Shown here piece by piece: positions 10,994 through 21,776 of a stretch of DNA of 64,000 bases. A program made the position numbers and the translations under genes. The stretch's first letter is position 1, and every line of letters begins with the position of its first letter. Origin of the DNA: Candidatus Rokuibacteriota bacterium (GTDB taxonomy: Bacteria; Methylomirabilota; Methylomirabilia; Rokubacteriales; CSP1-6); NCBI GenBank assembly GCA_016866775.1, contig VGLJ01000023.1:90-64089 (forward strand). The letters run 5' to 3'. The notes under the pieces were generated by a model. It saw only the letters and a list, made by a program, of their open reading frames with translations. It ran no database searches and had not been told where the DNA came from.

Positions 10994-12316
10994 ATGATCT
11001 CGAAGCGCTTCGTCGTCGTCGCCGTCGCGCTCGCGCTGGCTCTCGGGCCGCTGGCGAGCGCCGTGCTCGCCCAGGGGCCATCGATCTTCATCCCGCTGCT
11101 CGTCTACCGGACGGGCCCGTACGCCCCGAGCGGCATCCCGAACGCCAACGGGTTCCAGGACTACTTCAATCTCCTCAACGAGCGTGACGGCGGCATCAAC
11201 GGCGTCAAGATCGCCGTCGAGGAATGCGAGACGCAGTACGACACCAAGCAGGGCGTCGAGTGCTACGAGCGGCTGAAGTCCAAGGCCGTGCTCATCAACC
11301 CGTACTCGACGGGCATCACCTACCAGCTCATCCCCAAGGCGCCCGGCGACAAGGTCGTCGTGCACTCGATGGGCTACGGCATGACGGCGTCCGCCGACGG
11401 CCGCTACTTCCCCTGGGTCTTCAACTTCCCGATGACGTACTGGAGCCAGGCGTCCTCCTTCGTCAAGTACGTGGGCGCGCAGGAAGGCGGGCTGGAGAAG
11501 CTGAAGGGCAAGAAGATCGTCCACATCTTCCACAACAGCCCGTACGGCAAGGAAGCGAACCCGACGCTCGAGACGCTCGCGAAGGCGCACGGCTTCGAGC
11601 TCACGCTGCTCGCCGTCGACCACCCGGGGCAGGAGCAGAAGGCCACGTGGCTGCAGGTCCGCCGCATCAACCCGGACTGGATCTACCTCTCGGGGTGGGG
11701 CGTGATGAACGGCGTCGCCGTGAAGGAAGCCGCCGGCATCGGCTACAAGATGGACCGCCTGGTCGGCAACTGGTGGTCGGGCAGCGAGTCGGACGTCATT
11801 CCCGCCGGCGACGGCGCGAAGGGCTACAAGTCGATGACGTTCCACGCGCCGGGCGCCGGCTTCAAGGTCCACCAGGACGTCATCAAGCACGTCTACGACA
11901 AGGGCAAGGGCGCCGCGAAGAAGGAGGCGCTCGGCGAGGTCTATCACAACCGCGGCATGATCAACGCCATGCTCAACGCCGAGGCGATCCGTACGGCGAT
12001 GGCGAAGTACAACCTCAAGACCGCGCCGACGGGCGAGCAGGTGCGCTGGGGCTTCGAGAACCTCGACCTCACCGAGGCGCAGCTCGACAAGCTCGGCATG
12101 AAGGGGATGATCCGTCCCCTGAAGGTCAGCTGCGAGAATCACGAAGGCAACGGGCTGGCCGCGGTTCAGCAGTGGGACGGCAAGCAGTGGAAGGTCGTCT
12201 CGGACTGGATCGAGCCGATGCGCAACGTCGTCCGCCCGAAGCTCGAGGAAGCGGCGGTGCAGGAGGGCGGCGAGAAGCTGAAGTACGCGAAGCGCGACTG
12301 CTCGAAGGAGAAGTAA
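10994..12316 (+). CDS. Liv-type ABC substrate-binding protein, paralog 1
   Basis: AAAGGAGGA ribosome-binding site plus ATG. Signal peptide RFVVVAVALALALGPLASAVLA. Type I periplasmic binding-protein features (YRTGPYAPSG...). Confidence 0.8.
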   Translation: MISKRFVVVAVALALALGPLASAVLAQGPSIFIPLLVYRTGPYAPSGIPNANGFQDYFNLLNERDGGINGVKIAVEECETQYDTKQGVECYERLKSKAVLINPYSTGITYQLIPKAPGDKVVVHSMGYGMTASADGRYFPWVFNFPMTYWSQASSFVKYVGAQEGGLEKLKGKKIVHIFHNSPYGKEANPTLETLAKAHGFELTLLAVDHPGQEQKATWLQVRRINPDWIYLSGWGVMNGVAVKEAAGIGYKMDRLVGNWWSGSESDVIPAGDGAKGYKSMTFHAPGAGFKVHQDVIKHVYDKGKGAAKKEALGEVYHNRGMINAMLNAEAIRTAMAKYNLKTAPTGEQVRWGFENLDLTEAQLDKLGMKGMIRPLKVSCENHEGNGLAAVQQWDGKQWKVVSDWIEPMRNVVRPKLEEAAVQEGGEKLKYAKRDCSKEK

Positions 12317-12324
12317 GGCGCACG

Positions 12325-13128
<804 letters not shown>

Positions 13129-13138
13129 GGCTTCGTCC

Positions 13139-13927
13139 ATGAGCGCTATTCTCGAGATCGCGGACGTGTCCCGGTCCTTCGGTGGCGTGCAGGCCGTGCA
13201 GAAGGTGAGCGTCGACATCCCGCGCGGCGAGATCATGTCGATCATCGGGCCGAACGGCGCGGGCAAGACCACGGTCCTCAACATGATCAGCGGCTTCTAT
13301 CACCCCGATCACGGCCGCATCCTGCTCGAGGGCACGGACATCACCCACCTGGCGCCGAGCGAGATCGCCAAGCTCCGTGTCGCCCGCACGTTCCAGAACA
13401 TCGCGCTCTTCAGCGGCATGACCGTGCTCGACAACCTGATGCTCGGCCGCCACGTGCTCATGAAGTCCGGCGTGCTGTCTTCGTTCATCTACTGGGGGCT
13501 CGCCCAGAGAGAGGAAGTCGCACACCGCAAGCGTGTCGAGGACCTCATCGACTTCCTGAAGATCCAGGATCTCCGGCGCCGGCCCACGGGCTCGCTCGCG
13601 TACGGACTGCGCAAGCGCGTGGAGCTCGGGCGCGCGCTCGCGCTCGATCCGAAGATCCTCCTGCTCGACGAGCCGATGGGCGGCATGAACCAGGAAGAGA
13701 AGGAGGACATGGCGCGCTTCATCCTCGACGTGAACGAGGAGTGGGGCACGACCATCATCCTCATCGAGCACGACATGGGCGTGGTCATGGACATCTCCGA
13801 CCGCGTGGCCGTGCTCGACATGGGCCTGAAGATCGCGGAAGGCAAACCCGACGAGGTGCGCGTGAACCCTGCCGTGGTCAAGGCGTATCTCGGCGAGACG
13901 AAGACCAGCGAGGTCCGCCATGGCTGA
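13139..13927 (+). CDS. LivG-like ABC ATPase, paralog 2
   Basis: Has GPNGAGKTT, LAYGLRKRVELGRAL and ILLLDEP. Ends VKAYLGETKTSEVRHG, without the repeat-encoded extension seen in paralog 1. Confidence 0.85.
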   Translation: MSAILEIADVSRSFGGVQAVQKVSVDIPRGEIMSIIGPNGAGKTTVLNMISGFYHPDHGRILLEGTDITHLAPSEIAKLRVARTFQNIALFSGMTVLDNLMLGRHVLMKSGVLSSFIYWGLAQREEVAHRKRVEDLIDFLKIQDLRRRPTGSLAYGLRKRVELGRALALDPKILLLDEPMGGMNQEEKEDMARFILDVNEEWGTTIILIEHDMGVVMDISDRVAVLDMGLKIAEGKPDEVRVNPAVVKAYLGETKTSEVRHG

Positions 13928-15848
13928 CCGTCACGACCTTTCGACGCTGCCCCGGCTCCTGCTCCGCAACGCCCGCGAGTTCCCGCGCCGCGCGGCCATG
14001 CGCGAGAAGGACCGCGGTATCTGGCAGTCATGGAGCTGGCACGACTATCACGGTCAGGTCCGCGACTTCGCGCTGGGGCTCGCGGCGCTCGGGTTCACGC
14101 GCGGGGATCGCCTCTCCGTCATCGGCGACAACCGCCCGCGCCTCTACGCGGCGCAGCTCGCCGCCCAGTGCCTCGGCGGCGTGTCGGTCCCCGTGTACCA
14201 GGACTCCATCGCCAGGGAGCTCGCGTACATCTGGAGCCACGCGGACGTCTCCGTGATCGTGGCCGAGGACCAGGAGCAGGTCGACAAGGTCATCGCGCTG
14301 CGCGACGAGCTGCCGCATCTCCGGTGGGTCGTGTACGACGACCCGCGGGGGATGCTCGCCTACAAGTTCGACTGGCTGAAGTCGTTCGCCGACGTCCAGG
14401 CCGCGGGCCGCGAGCGCGCGGCGAAGGACGCCGGGCTGCTCGAGCGCGAGATCGCGCAGGGCAAGGCGGACGACGTCGCGTTCGTCTGCTACACGTCGGG
14501 CACGACGGGCAGTCCGAAGGGCGCGATGATCACGCACACCAACGCGATCGCGACCGCGCGGATGGCGATGGCGTCAGAAGACTTTCGCATCGACGACGAC
14601 TACCTCGCGTACCTCCCCATGGCCTGGGTGGGCGACGCGTTCTACACGCTCGTGATGAGCCTCTACGTCGGCTTCACGATCAACTGTCCGGAGAGCCCGG
14701 AGACCGTGCAGCGCGACCTGCGCGAGCTCGGACCGACGCAGCTCCTGGCGCCGCCGCGCATCTGGGAGAACATGCTGACCGGCGTGCTCATCCGCGCCAA
14801 CGACGCGGGGCCGCTCAAGCGGCGCGTGTTCGAGTACTTCCGCCGCGTCGCCGAGCAGCTCGAGATCCTGCGCGCCGACGGCAAGCCGATCCCCCTCGGC
14901 CTGCGGATCACGTACGCGCTCGGCCAGTTCTTCGTGTACGGGCCTGTCCGGGACCAGATCGGCCTCAGGCGCACGCGCTTCGCGCTCACCGGCGGCGCGC
15001 CGCTCGGCCCCGACACGTTCCGCTTCTTCCGCGCGATCGGCGTCAACCTCAAGCAGGTCTACGGCTCCACCGAGACCACCGGGCTCGTGTCGCTCCAGCC
15101 CAGCGCCGAGGCGAACCCGACGACGGTCGGGCGCCCGTGCGAGGGTGTGGAGGTGAAGATCGCCGAGCGCGGCGAGGTGCTGGTGCGCAGCGCCGGGATC
15201 TTCCGCGGGTACCTGAAGAACGAGGAAGCGACGCGCGAGGTGATCGACGCCGAGGGCTGGTTCCACACGGGCGACGCGGGCTTCGTCGACCCGCGCGGCC
15301 ACCTCGTGGTCATCGACCGCGCCAAGGACGTGGGCGCCGTCGCCGACGGCACACCGTTCGCGCCGCAGTTCATCGAGAACAAGCTGAAGTTCAGCCCCTA
15401 CATCCGCGAGGCGGTCGCGTTCGGCCACGAGCGGCCGTTCGTCACCGCGATGATCGCCATCGACATGAACACCGTCGGCACGTGGGCGGAACGCCGGTCG
15501 CTGCCGTACACGAGCTACATGGACCTGAGCCAGAAGCCGGAGGTCGGGGGCCTGCTCCGCGAGGAGATCGCGAAGATCAACGAGACCCTGCCCGAGGCGA
15601 CGAAGATCCGGCGCTTCCTCCTCCTCACGAAGGACCTGGAAGCCGACGACGCGGAGATGACGCGGACGCGGAAGGTGCGCCGCCGCTACGTGGCGGAGAA
15701 ATACGCCCCCGTGATCGACGCCTTTTACACCAAGGAGACGGAGGTGGAGCTCACGAGCTCGGTGACGTACGAGGACGGTCGCACCGCCACCATCAAGTCG
15801 CGGGCCCGCATCGAAGACGTGGAGACCCGGGAGCCGGCTCATGCTTGA
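13920..15848 (+). CDS. AMP-dependent synthetase/ligase (acyl-CoA synthetase-like), paralog 2
   Basis: Has YTSGTTGSPKGAM, GYLKN...GWFHTGD and TRTRKVRR. Collinear with the gene at 6183-8111. Confidence 0.85.
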   Translation: MADRHDLSTLPRLLLRNAREFPRRAAMREKDRGIWQSWSWHDYHGQVRDFALGLAALGFTRGDRLSVIGDNRPRLYAAQLAAQCLGGVSVPVYQDSIARELAYIWSHADVSVIVAEDQEQVDKVIALRDELPHLRWVVYDDPRGMLAYKFDWLKSFADVQAAGRERAAKDAGLLEREIAQGKADDVAFVCYTSGTTGSPKGAMITHTNAIATARMAMASEDFRIDDDYLAYLPMAWVGDAFYTLVMSLYVGFTINCPESPETVQRDLRELGPTQLLAPPRIWENMLTGVLIRANDAGPLKRRVFEYFRRVAEQLEILRADGKPIPLGLRITYALGQFFVYGPVRDQIGLRRTRFALTGGAPLGPDTFRFFRAIGVNLKQVYGSTETTGLVSLQPSAEANPTTVGRPCEGVEVKIAERGEVLVRSAGIFRGYLKNEEATREVIDAEGWFHTGDAGFVDPRGHLVVIDRAKDVGAVADGTPFAPQFIENKLKFSPYIREAVAFGHERPFVTAMIAIDMNTVGTWAERRSLPYTSYMDLSQKPEVGGLLREEIAKINETLPEATKIRRFLLLTKDLEADDAEMTRTRKVRRRYVAEKYAPVIDAFYTKETEVELTSSVTYEDGRTATIKSRARIEDVETREPAHA

Positions 15849-16743
15849 AGCGCTCGACCTGCAGTTCACGATCCTGCTGCTCTCGAACGGCGTGATGATC
15901 GGCCTCATGTACTCGCTGATCGCGCTCGGCTTCGTGCTCGTCTACAAGGCGACCGACGCCGTGAACTTCGCCCAGGGTGAGTTCGTGATGATCGCGGGCT
16001 TCGTCGCGGTCGGCGCGCTCACCGTCGCCGGCATCCCGCTGTGGCTCTCGATCCTCGCGGCGCTCGTGGCGATGGTGGGCTTCGGCTTCGCGCTCGAGCG
16101 CGTGATGCTGCGCAAGCTCATCGGCCGGCCCATCATCGCGGTGGTCATGGCGACGATCGGGCTGGCGGCCATCCTGCGCGGTCTCGGGCCGTTCGGCATC
16201 TTCCAGGGCACGCGCCCGCTGCCGCTGCCGCTGCGGGACGAGCCGTTCATCCTCGGCCCCCTCTTCATTCCGCCGATCCAGCTCCTCGGCGGCATCGTGA
16301 GCCTCGTGTTCCTCGCGGGCTTCGGGTACTTCTTCCTGAAGTCGCGCAAGGGCGTCGCGATGCGGGCGGTGGCCGACAACCAGCAGGTCGCGATGGCCAT
16401 GGGGATCGACGTGGAGCGCTACTTCGGGCTGGCGTGGGCGATGACGGGCGTCGTCTCGGCGCTCGGCGGGGTCCTCTGGGGAAACATGCTCGGCGTGGAC
16501 GTGAACCTCGCGCTGGTGGGGTTCAAGGTCTTCCCGGTCGTCATCCTCGGCGGGCTCGACTCGATCCCGGGCGCGATCATCGGCGGGCTCATCGTCGGCC
16601 TCGTCGAGAACCTGGCGGCGGGCTACATCGATCCGTACGTCGGCGGCGGGACGAAGGACTTCGCGCCGTACGTGCTGATGATCCTCGCGCTCATGATCCG
16701 GCCCTACGGCATCTTCGGCAAACGCATCATCGAGCGAGTGTGA
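15841..16743 (+). CDS. LivH-like ABC permease, paralog 2
   Basis: The ATG overlaps the ligase 3-prime end. Has MIGLMYSLIALGFVLVYKA and ILGGLDSIPGAIIGG. Confidence 0.85.
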   Translation: MLEALDLQFTILLLSNGVMIGLMYSLIALGFVLVYKATDAVNFAQGEFVMIAGFVAVGALTVAGIPLWLSILAALVAMVGFGFALERVMLRKLIGRPIIAVVMATIGLAAILRGLGPFGIFQGTRPLPLPLRDEPFILGPLFIPPIQLLGGIVSLVFLAGFGYFFLKSRKGVAMRAVADNQQVAMAMGIDVERYFGLAWAMTGVVSALGGVLWGNMLGVDVNLALVGFKVFPVVILGGLDSIPGAIIGGLIVGLVENLAAGYIDPYVGGGTKDFAPYVLMILALMIRPYGIFGKRIIERV

Positions 16744-16786
16744 CCGCCAACATGGCTGGCGCAGGGCGAGGGAAGGGGACCAACCG

Positions 16787-17854
16787 TTGATCCATCGAGA
16801 GTGCGGCGTTCTCAAGACGACCTACGAAGCAGACATGGCGCTCTACCCGCTGCCGATCGCGAAGTACACGGTCGCGGCGCTGGGCGTGCTGTTCTTCCTC
16901 GTGCTCCCGCTCTCGCTGCACGAGTACTACCTGTCGATCGCCAACCTCGTGTGGATCTCGATCATCGGGGCGCTCGGCCTCAACATCCTCGTCGGCTACA
17001 CCGGGCAGGTGTCCATCGGCCACGGCGCCTTCATGTCGGTGGGCGCCTACACCGCCGCGAACTTCGCCACGCGGCTGGACTTCCCGTGGCCGGTCAACCT
17101 GCTCCTCGGCGGGCTCATGGCCGCGGCCATCGGGGCGATCGTCGGGATCCCATCGCTGCGCATCAAGGGCCTCTACCTGGCGATCGCGACGCTGGCCGGG
17201 CAGCTCATCATCGAGTGGACCATCAACCACGTCACGTTCATCAGCGGCGGCGTCCAGGCCTCGATCGAGGTGCCGCGCCCGCAGCTCGGGACGGTCGTGC
17301 TCAACACGCACCGGGAGATGTACTTCTTCCTGCTCTTCTTCGTGGTCGTGGCGATCGTCGGCACGATGAACCTCATGCGCAGCCGGGTGGGCCGCGCGTT
17401 CGTCGCCATCCGCGACCAGGACATCGCGGCGGAGATCATCGGCATCAACATCTTCCGCTACAAGCTCCTGGCGTTCGCGATCTCGTCCTTCTACGCCGGC
17501 GTGACGGGCGTGCTCTACACGTACTACTTCGGCATCGCGAACTACGAGCAGTTCCAGATCGGCGTGTCGATCGACTACCTGGCGATGATCATCATCGGCG
17601 GGCTCGGCTCGGTGCTGGGGTCGATCTTCGGCGCGGCGTTCGTCACGCTGCTGCCGATCGGCATCCGTTACGGGATGGAGGCGGTGAGCGGCGTGCTCTT
17701 CTCCGAGGCGACCGTGCACAACCTCATTCCCGCGCTCCGTCTCACGCTGTTCGGCGCCCTCATCATCGTGTTCCTGGTGCTCGAGCCCGAGGGCCTGAAC
17801 CGCCTGTGGCGGAACATCCGCAGCTACTTCCGCGTATGGCCGTTCGCGTACTGA
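16787..17854 (+). CDS. LivM-like ABC permease, paralog 2
   Basis: The TTG start aligns with the GTG start of paralog 1 (LIHRECGVLKTTYEADMALYPL versus VIYREAGQFKTTYAADQAIFPI). Has IPSLRIKGLYLAIATLA. Confidence 0.85.
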   Translation: MIHRECGVLKTTYEADMALYPLPIAKYTVAALGVLFFLVLPLSLHEYYLSIANLVWISIIGALGLNILVGYTGQVSIGHGAFMSVGAYTAANFATRLDFPWPVNLLLGGLMAAAIGAIVGIPSLRIKGLYLAIATLAGQLIIEWTINHVTFISGGVQASIEVPRPQLGTVVLNTHREMYFFLLFFVVVAIVGTMNLMRSRVGRAFVAIRDQDIAAEIIGINIFRYKLLAFAISSFYAGVTGVLYTYYFGIANYEQFQIGVSIDYLAMIIIGGLGSVLGSIFGAAFVTLLPIGIRYGMEAVSGVLFSEATVHNLIPALRLTLFGALIIVFLVLEPEGLNRLWRNIRSYFRVWPFAY

Positions 17855-17879
17855 CGTGCGCGAAGAAGGGAGACAGCGT

Positions 17880-19118
17880 ATGCGCAAGTCCCTGATCGCT
17901 CTCATCGCGATCGTGGTCGCGATGGCGCCCGTGATGCCCGCCTCGGCGGGGCACGAGATCGTCATCGGACTCCAGTGCGATCGCACCGGGGCCACCCAGA
18001 TCGTGGGCACGGTCCTGTGCCCCGGATTCCACGACTACATCGCCCTCGTGAACTCGAAGGGCGGGGTCGAGGGTCACAAGATCAAGGCCCTCGAGATCGA
18101 CCACGAGTACAAGGTGCCGCCCGGCGTCGAGGCGTACGAGCGCCACAAGAAGGAAGGCGCCGTGACGATGGCGATCTACGGCACCCCGCACATCTACGCG
18201 CTCGCGGCGAAGCTGACCGAAGATCGCATCCCCGGCACGTCGCCGGGCTTCGGCAGCGCCGCCGCCGCGGACGGCATCAAGTACCCGTACATCTTCCCCA
18301 TCGCGGCGACGTACTGGTCGCAAGGCGCGGCCGCGGTGGACTTCGTCAAGAAGCAGCTCGGCGGCAACCTGAAGGGCAAGAAGATCGCGTATCTCTTCTT
18401 CGACAACCCGGCCGGCCGTGAGCCGATCGAGGTCATCGAGGACATCGCGGCCAAGGAAGGCTTCCAGCTCAAGACGTTCGCGGTCCCGCCGCCCGGCGTG
18501 GAGATGGGCGCGCAGGTCCTCGACATCGCGCAGCGCTTCCGCGCGGACTTCGTGATCGCGCACCTCTTCGGCGGCGCGCCCGGCGTGTCGATCAAGGAGT
18601 TCAAGCGCGTCGGCTATCCGCTGCGCAAGGTCGTGTCGTTCGTGTGGGGCGCCGCCGAGGCGAACATCGAGGCGGGCGGTGGCTTCGCCGCGGCCGAGGG
18701 CTACTACGCGATGCAGTTCGCCGGCGTGGGCAAGGACTACCCGGTCCTGAACGAGATCCGCGAGATGTACAAGAAGCAGGGCAAGCCCGAGCCGAAGGAG
18801 ATGGCGTCCACCGTCTTCTACAATCGCGGCGTGCTGATCGCGGCGCTCCACGTCGAGGCGATCCGCAACGCGGTGAAGGACAAGAAGGACGGCAAGATCA
18901 CGGGCGAGGACGCGAAGAAGGGCTTCGAGAAGATCAGCAACTTCACGCTCGGCGGGCTGGTGCCGCCGCTCAAGGTCACGCCGCAGGACCACGAGGGTGG
19001 CGGGCTCGTCCAGATCTGGCAGGTGAAGGGCGGGAAGTTCGAGAAGGTGACGGACTGGTACGCGGCGTATCAGGACGTGGTCGCGAAGCACATCAAAGAC
19101 CACGGCGCGAAGAAGTAG
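17880..19118 (+). CDS. Liv-type ABC substrate-binding protein, paralog 2
   Basis: GAAGGGAG ribosome-binding site plus ATG at 17880. Signal peptide MRKSLIALIAIVVAMAPVMPASA. Type I binding-protein fold. Confidence 0.8.
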   Translation: MRKSLIALIAIVVAMAPVMPASAGHEIVIGLQCDRTGATQIVGTVLCPGFHDYIALVNSKGGVEGHKIKALEIDHEYKVPPGVEAYERHKKEGAVTMAIYGTPHIYALAAKLTEDRIPGTSPGFGSAAAADGIKYPYIFPIAATYWSQGAAAVDFVKKQLGGNLKGKKIAYLFFDNPAGREPIEVIEDIAAKEGFQLKTFAVPPPGVEMGAQVLDIAQRFRADFVIAHLFGGAPGVSIKEFKRVGYPLRKVVSFVWGAAEANIEAGGGFAAAEGYYAMQFAGVGKDYPVLNEIREMYKKQGKPEPKEMASTVFYNRGVLIAALHVEAIRNAVKDKKDGKITGEDAKKGFEKISNFTLGGLVPPLKVTPQDHEGGGLVQIWQVKGGKFEKVTDWYAAYQDVVAKHIKDHGAKK

Positions 19119-19166
19119 AGATTCGGACGGGGCCGTCGCACGTGCGGCGGCCCCTCCGGAGACATC

Positions 19167-19961
19167 ATGCTGACGCTCAACAACGTCGAAGTCATCTACG
19201 ACGGGGTCATTCTCGTCCTGAAGGGCGTGTCGATCGTGTGCCCCGAGGGCAAGATCACGACGCTGCTCGGCGCGAACGGCGCCGGCAAGACGACGACGCT
19301 CAAGGCGATCTCGGGGCTGCTGCGGTCCGAGCGCGGCGACATCACCAAGGGCTCCGTCGAGCTCGCGGGCACGCGCATCGATCACATGCGGCCGCACCAG
19401 ATCGTGCAGCGTGGCGTGGTCCAAGTGTTCGAAGGCCGGCGCGTGTTCGAGCACCTCACCGCGGAAGAGAACCTCATCGCGGGCGCGCACACGGTGCCGG
19501 ATCGCAAGCGCATCACCGAGCGCATGGAGCGCGTCTACCAGTACTTCCCCCGGCTCAAGGAGCGGCGCTACCAGCAGTCGGGCTATCTCTCCGGCGGCGA
19601 GCAGCAGATGCTCGTCATCGGGCGCGCGCTCATGTCGGAGCCGCGCGTGATCCTGCTCGACGAGCCCTCGCTCGGCCTCGCCCCGATGCTGGTGGAAGAG
19701 ATCTTCCAGATCGTGCAGCGCCTCAACCGCGAGCAGAAGCTCACGGTGCTCCTCGTCGAGCAGAACGCGGCGCTCGCGCTCACCATCGCGGACCACGGCT
19801 ACGTGATGGAGAACGGGCGCATCGTGCTGGAGGGCGCGGCGTCCGCGCTGCGCGAGAACGCCGACATCAAGGAGTTCTATCTCGGGCTCACCGAGGTGGG
19901 CGCGCGCAAGTCGTACCGGGACGTGAAGCACTACAAGCGCCGCAAGCGCTGGCTCAATTAG
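19167..19961 (+). CDS. LivF-like ABC ATPase, paralog 2
   Basis: Has GANGAGKTT, SGGEQQMLVIGRAL, ILLDEPS and the tail RKSYRDVKHYKRRKRWLN. Confidence 0.85.
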   Translation: MLTLNNVEVIYDGVILVLKGVSIVCPEGKITTLLGANGAGKTTTLKAISGLLRSERGDITKGSVELAGTRIDHMRPHQIVQRGVVQVFEGRRVFEHLTAEENLIAGAHTVPDRKRITERMERVYQYFPRLKERRYQQSGYLSGGEQQMLVIGRALMSEPRVILLDEPSLGLAPMLVEEIFQIVQRLNREQKLTVLLVEQNAALALTIADHGYVMENGRIVLEGAASALRENADIKEFYLGLTEVGARKSYRDVKHYKRRKRWLN

Positions 19962-19964
19962 CTC

Positions 19965-20068
19965 GGAGGGGGACTTCGCCCCCCTTCCGACGCGCGGCAC
20001 GAGCCTGACGGCTCGTGCTCGCGCTGCCTCCCCCAGGAGGATTGCGCCGGCAAAGGCGGCGCTCGAAC
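19965..20068. repeat. GC-rich hairpin repeat, family 2, copy E
   Basis: GGAGGGGGACTTCGCCCCCCTTCC hairpin. An extra internal hairpin GCACGAGCC-TGAC-GGCTCGTGC. Then CCTCCCCCAGGAGGATTGCGCCGGCAAAGGCGGCGCTCGAAC, matching 8904-8942. Confidence 0.7.
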
Positions 20069-20086
20069 AACGAAGGAGGAGACGAC

Positions 20087-20623
20087 ATGGGGCTCAGGGT
20101 GATCGGGTGGGGGTTGGTGGCACTGCTCGTTGCTGTCGGAATCGTCGGGCTCCTGCCTGCCACGAGTGAGGCACAGGCGTGCGCCGGGTCCTACGAGCAG
20201 GGGAAGGGGAGCAACTTCGGCGCGTGCGCGGCCGGCGCGGCTGCGCCCGCGGCGTCGACGGCGTCGCTCTACCGGCGGCTCGGCGGGCGTGAAGGCATCG
20301 CGCTCGTCGTCGGCGACTTCGTCGCGAGCATGGCGGCCGACAACCGGGTCAACGCGCGGTTCAAGCAGCTGAAGCCGGCCGAGGTCGAGAAGTTCAAGAC
20401 CAACCTCGCCGACCAGATCTGCGACGCGACGGGCGGGCCGTGTTCGTACGTGGGCAAGGACATGCCCACGGCCCACAAGGACATGAAGATCACCGAGGCC
20501 GAGTGGAACGCGACGGTCGAGAACCTCGGCAAGGCGCTCGACAAGCACAAGGTCCCGGCGAAGGAAAAGCAGGAGCTCGTCGGCATCCTCGCGCCGATGA
20601 AGGGCGACATCGTCGGGCGGTGA
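20087..20623 (+). CDS. Group I truncated haemoglobin (trHbN-like) with N-terminal signal or anchor sequence
   Basis: AGGAGGA ribosome-binding site plus ATG. The hydrophobic N-terminus is MGLRVIGWGLVALLVAVGIVGLLPATSEA. The globin core begins SLYRRLGGREGIALVVGDFV. A proximal-His context (PTAHKDMKIT) aligns by eye with M. tuberculosis trHbN. Confidence 0.7.
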   Translation: MGLRVIGWGLVALLVAVGIVGLLPATSEAQACAGSYEQGKGSNFGACAAGAAAPAASTASLYRRLGGREGIALVVGDFVASMAADNRVNARFKQLKPAEVEKFKTNLADQICDATGGPCSYVGKDMPTAHKDMKITEAEWNATVENLGKALDKHKVPAKEKQELVGILAPMKGDIVGR

Positions 20624-20627
20624 CGTC

Positions 20628-21776
20628 GTGAAGATCTTCGACGAGCAGCACGAGATGTTCCGCGCCACGGTGCGTGCCTTCGTCGAGAAGGAGATCATGC
20701 CGCACGTCGAGGAGTGGGAGCAGGCCGGGCGCATGCCGCGGTGGATCTGGCCGCGCATGGGCGAGCTCGGCCTGCTCGGTGTCGAGTACGACGAGAAATA
20801 CGGCGGCGCCGGCGCGGACCTCCTGACGACGGCCATCCTCCACGAGGAGTGCGCGCGGTCGCGCTCGGGGTCGTTCGCGATGGCGGTCGGCGTCCACTGC
20901 GACATGGCCTCGCCGCACCTCTACTGGACCGGCAGCGAGGCCCTGAAGGAGACGTACCTGCCGGCGATCTGCCGCGGCGAGACGCTCACGGCGATCGCGG
21001 TGACGGAGCCGGGCGGCGGCAGCGACGTCGCGGCCATCCGCACCCGCGCCGTGCGCGACGGCGACCACTACGTGATCAACGGCTCGAAGATGTTCATCAC
21101 CAACGGCGCCACCGCGGACGTCTTCTTCCTCGCCGCGCGCGTCGAGGCCGGCACCGACGAGAAGCGGCACCGCGGCATCTCGATGTTCCTCGTGGAGCGC
21201 GAGACGCCCGGATTCACGGTCAGCCGCACCCTCGACAAGATGGGGATGCGCGCGTCGGACACCGCGGAGCTCAGCTTCCAGGACATGCGCGTGCCCGCGG
21301 CGCACCTGCTGGGGCGCGAGGGCGTGGGCTTCTACGAGGTCATGCGCGTGTTCCAGCGCGAGCGGCTCGTGGCCGGGCTGCACGCGGTGGCGATGTCGGA
21401 CCGCGCATTGGATGACACGGTCGCCTACGTGAAGGAGCGCCAGGCGTTCGGCGGGCCGCTCTCCGACAAGCAGGTCATCCGCCACAAGCTCGCCGACCTC
21501 GCGACGATGATCGAGGCGGGCCGCTGGCTGACCTACAGTGCCTGCCGGAAGTTCCAGACGGGCGAGGACGTCGTGCGCGAGATCTCGATGGTGAAGCTCT
21601 TCACCGCCGAGATGGTGAACCGCGTCGCCTACGACTGCGTCCAGCTCCACGGCGGCTACGGCTACATGCGCGAGTACCCCGTCGAGCGGTTCGCGCGCGA
21701 CGCGCGGCTGATGACCATCGGCGGCGGCACCAGCGAGATCATGCGCGACATCATCGCGAAGGCGCTCCTCACGTGA
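20628..21776 (+). CDS. Acyl-CoA dehydrogenase
   Basis: Has TEPGGGSDVA and GGGTSEIMRDIIAK (catalytic Glu context). Length 382 aa. Confidence 0.85.
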   Translation: MKIFDEQHEMFRATVRAFVEKEIMPHVEEWEQAGRMPRWIWPRMGELGLLGVEYDEKYGGAGADLLTTAILHEECARSRSGSFAMAVGVHCDMASPHLYWTGSEALKETYLPAICRGETLTAIAVTEPGGGSDVAAIRTRAVRDGDHYVINGSKMFITNGATADVFFLAARVEAGTDEKRHRGISMFLVERETPGFTVSRTLDKMGMRASDTAELSFQDMRVPAAHLLGREGVGFYEVMRVFQRERLVAGLHAVAMSDRALDDTVAYVKERQAFGGPLSDKQVIRHKLADLATMIEAGRWLTYSACRKFQTGEDVVREISMVKLFTAEMVNRVAYDCVQLHGGYGYMREYPVERFARDARLMTIGGGTSEIMRDIIAKALLT

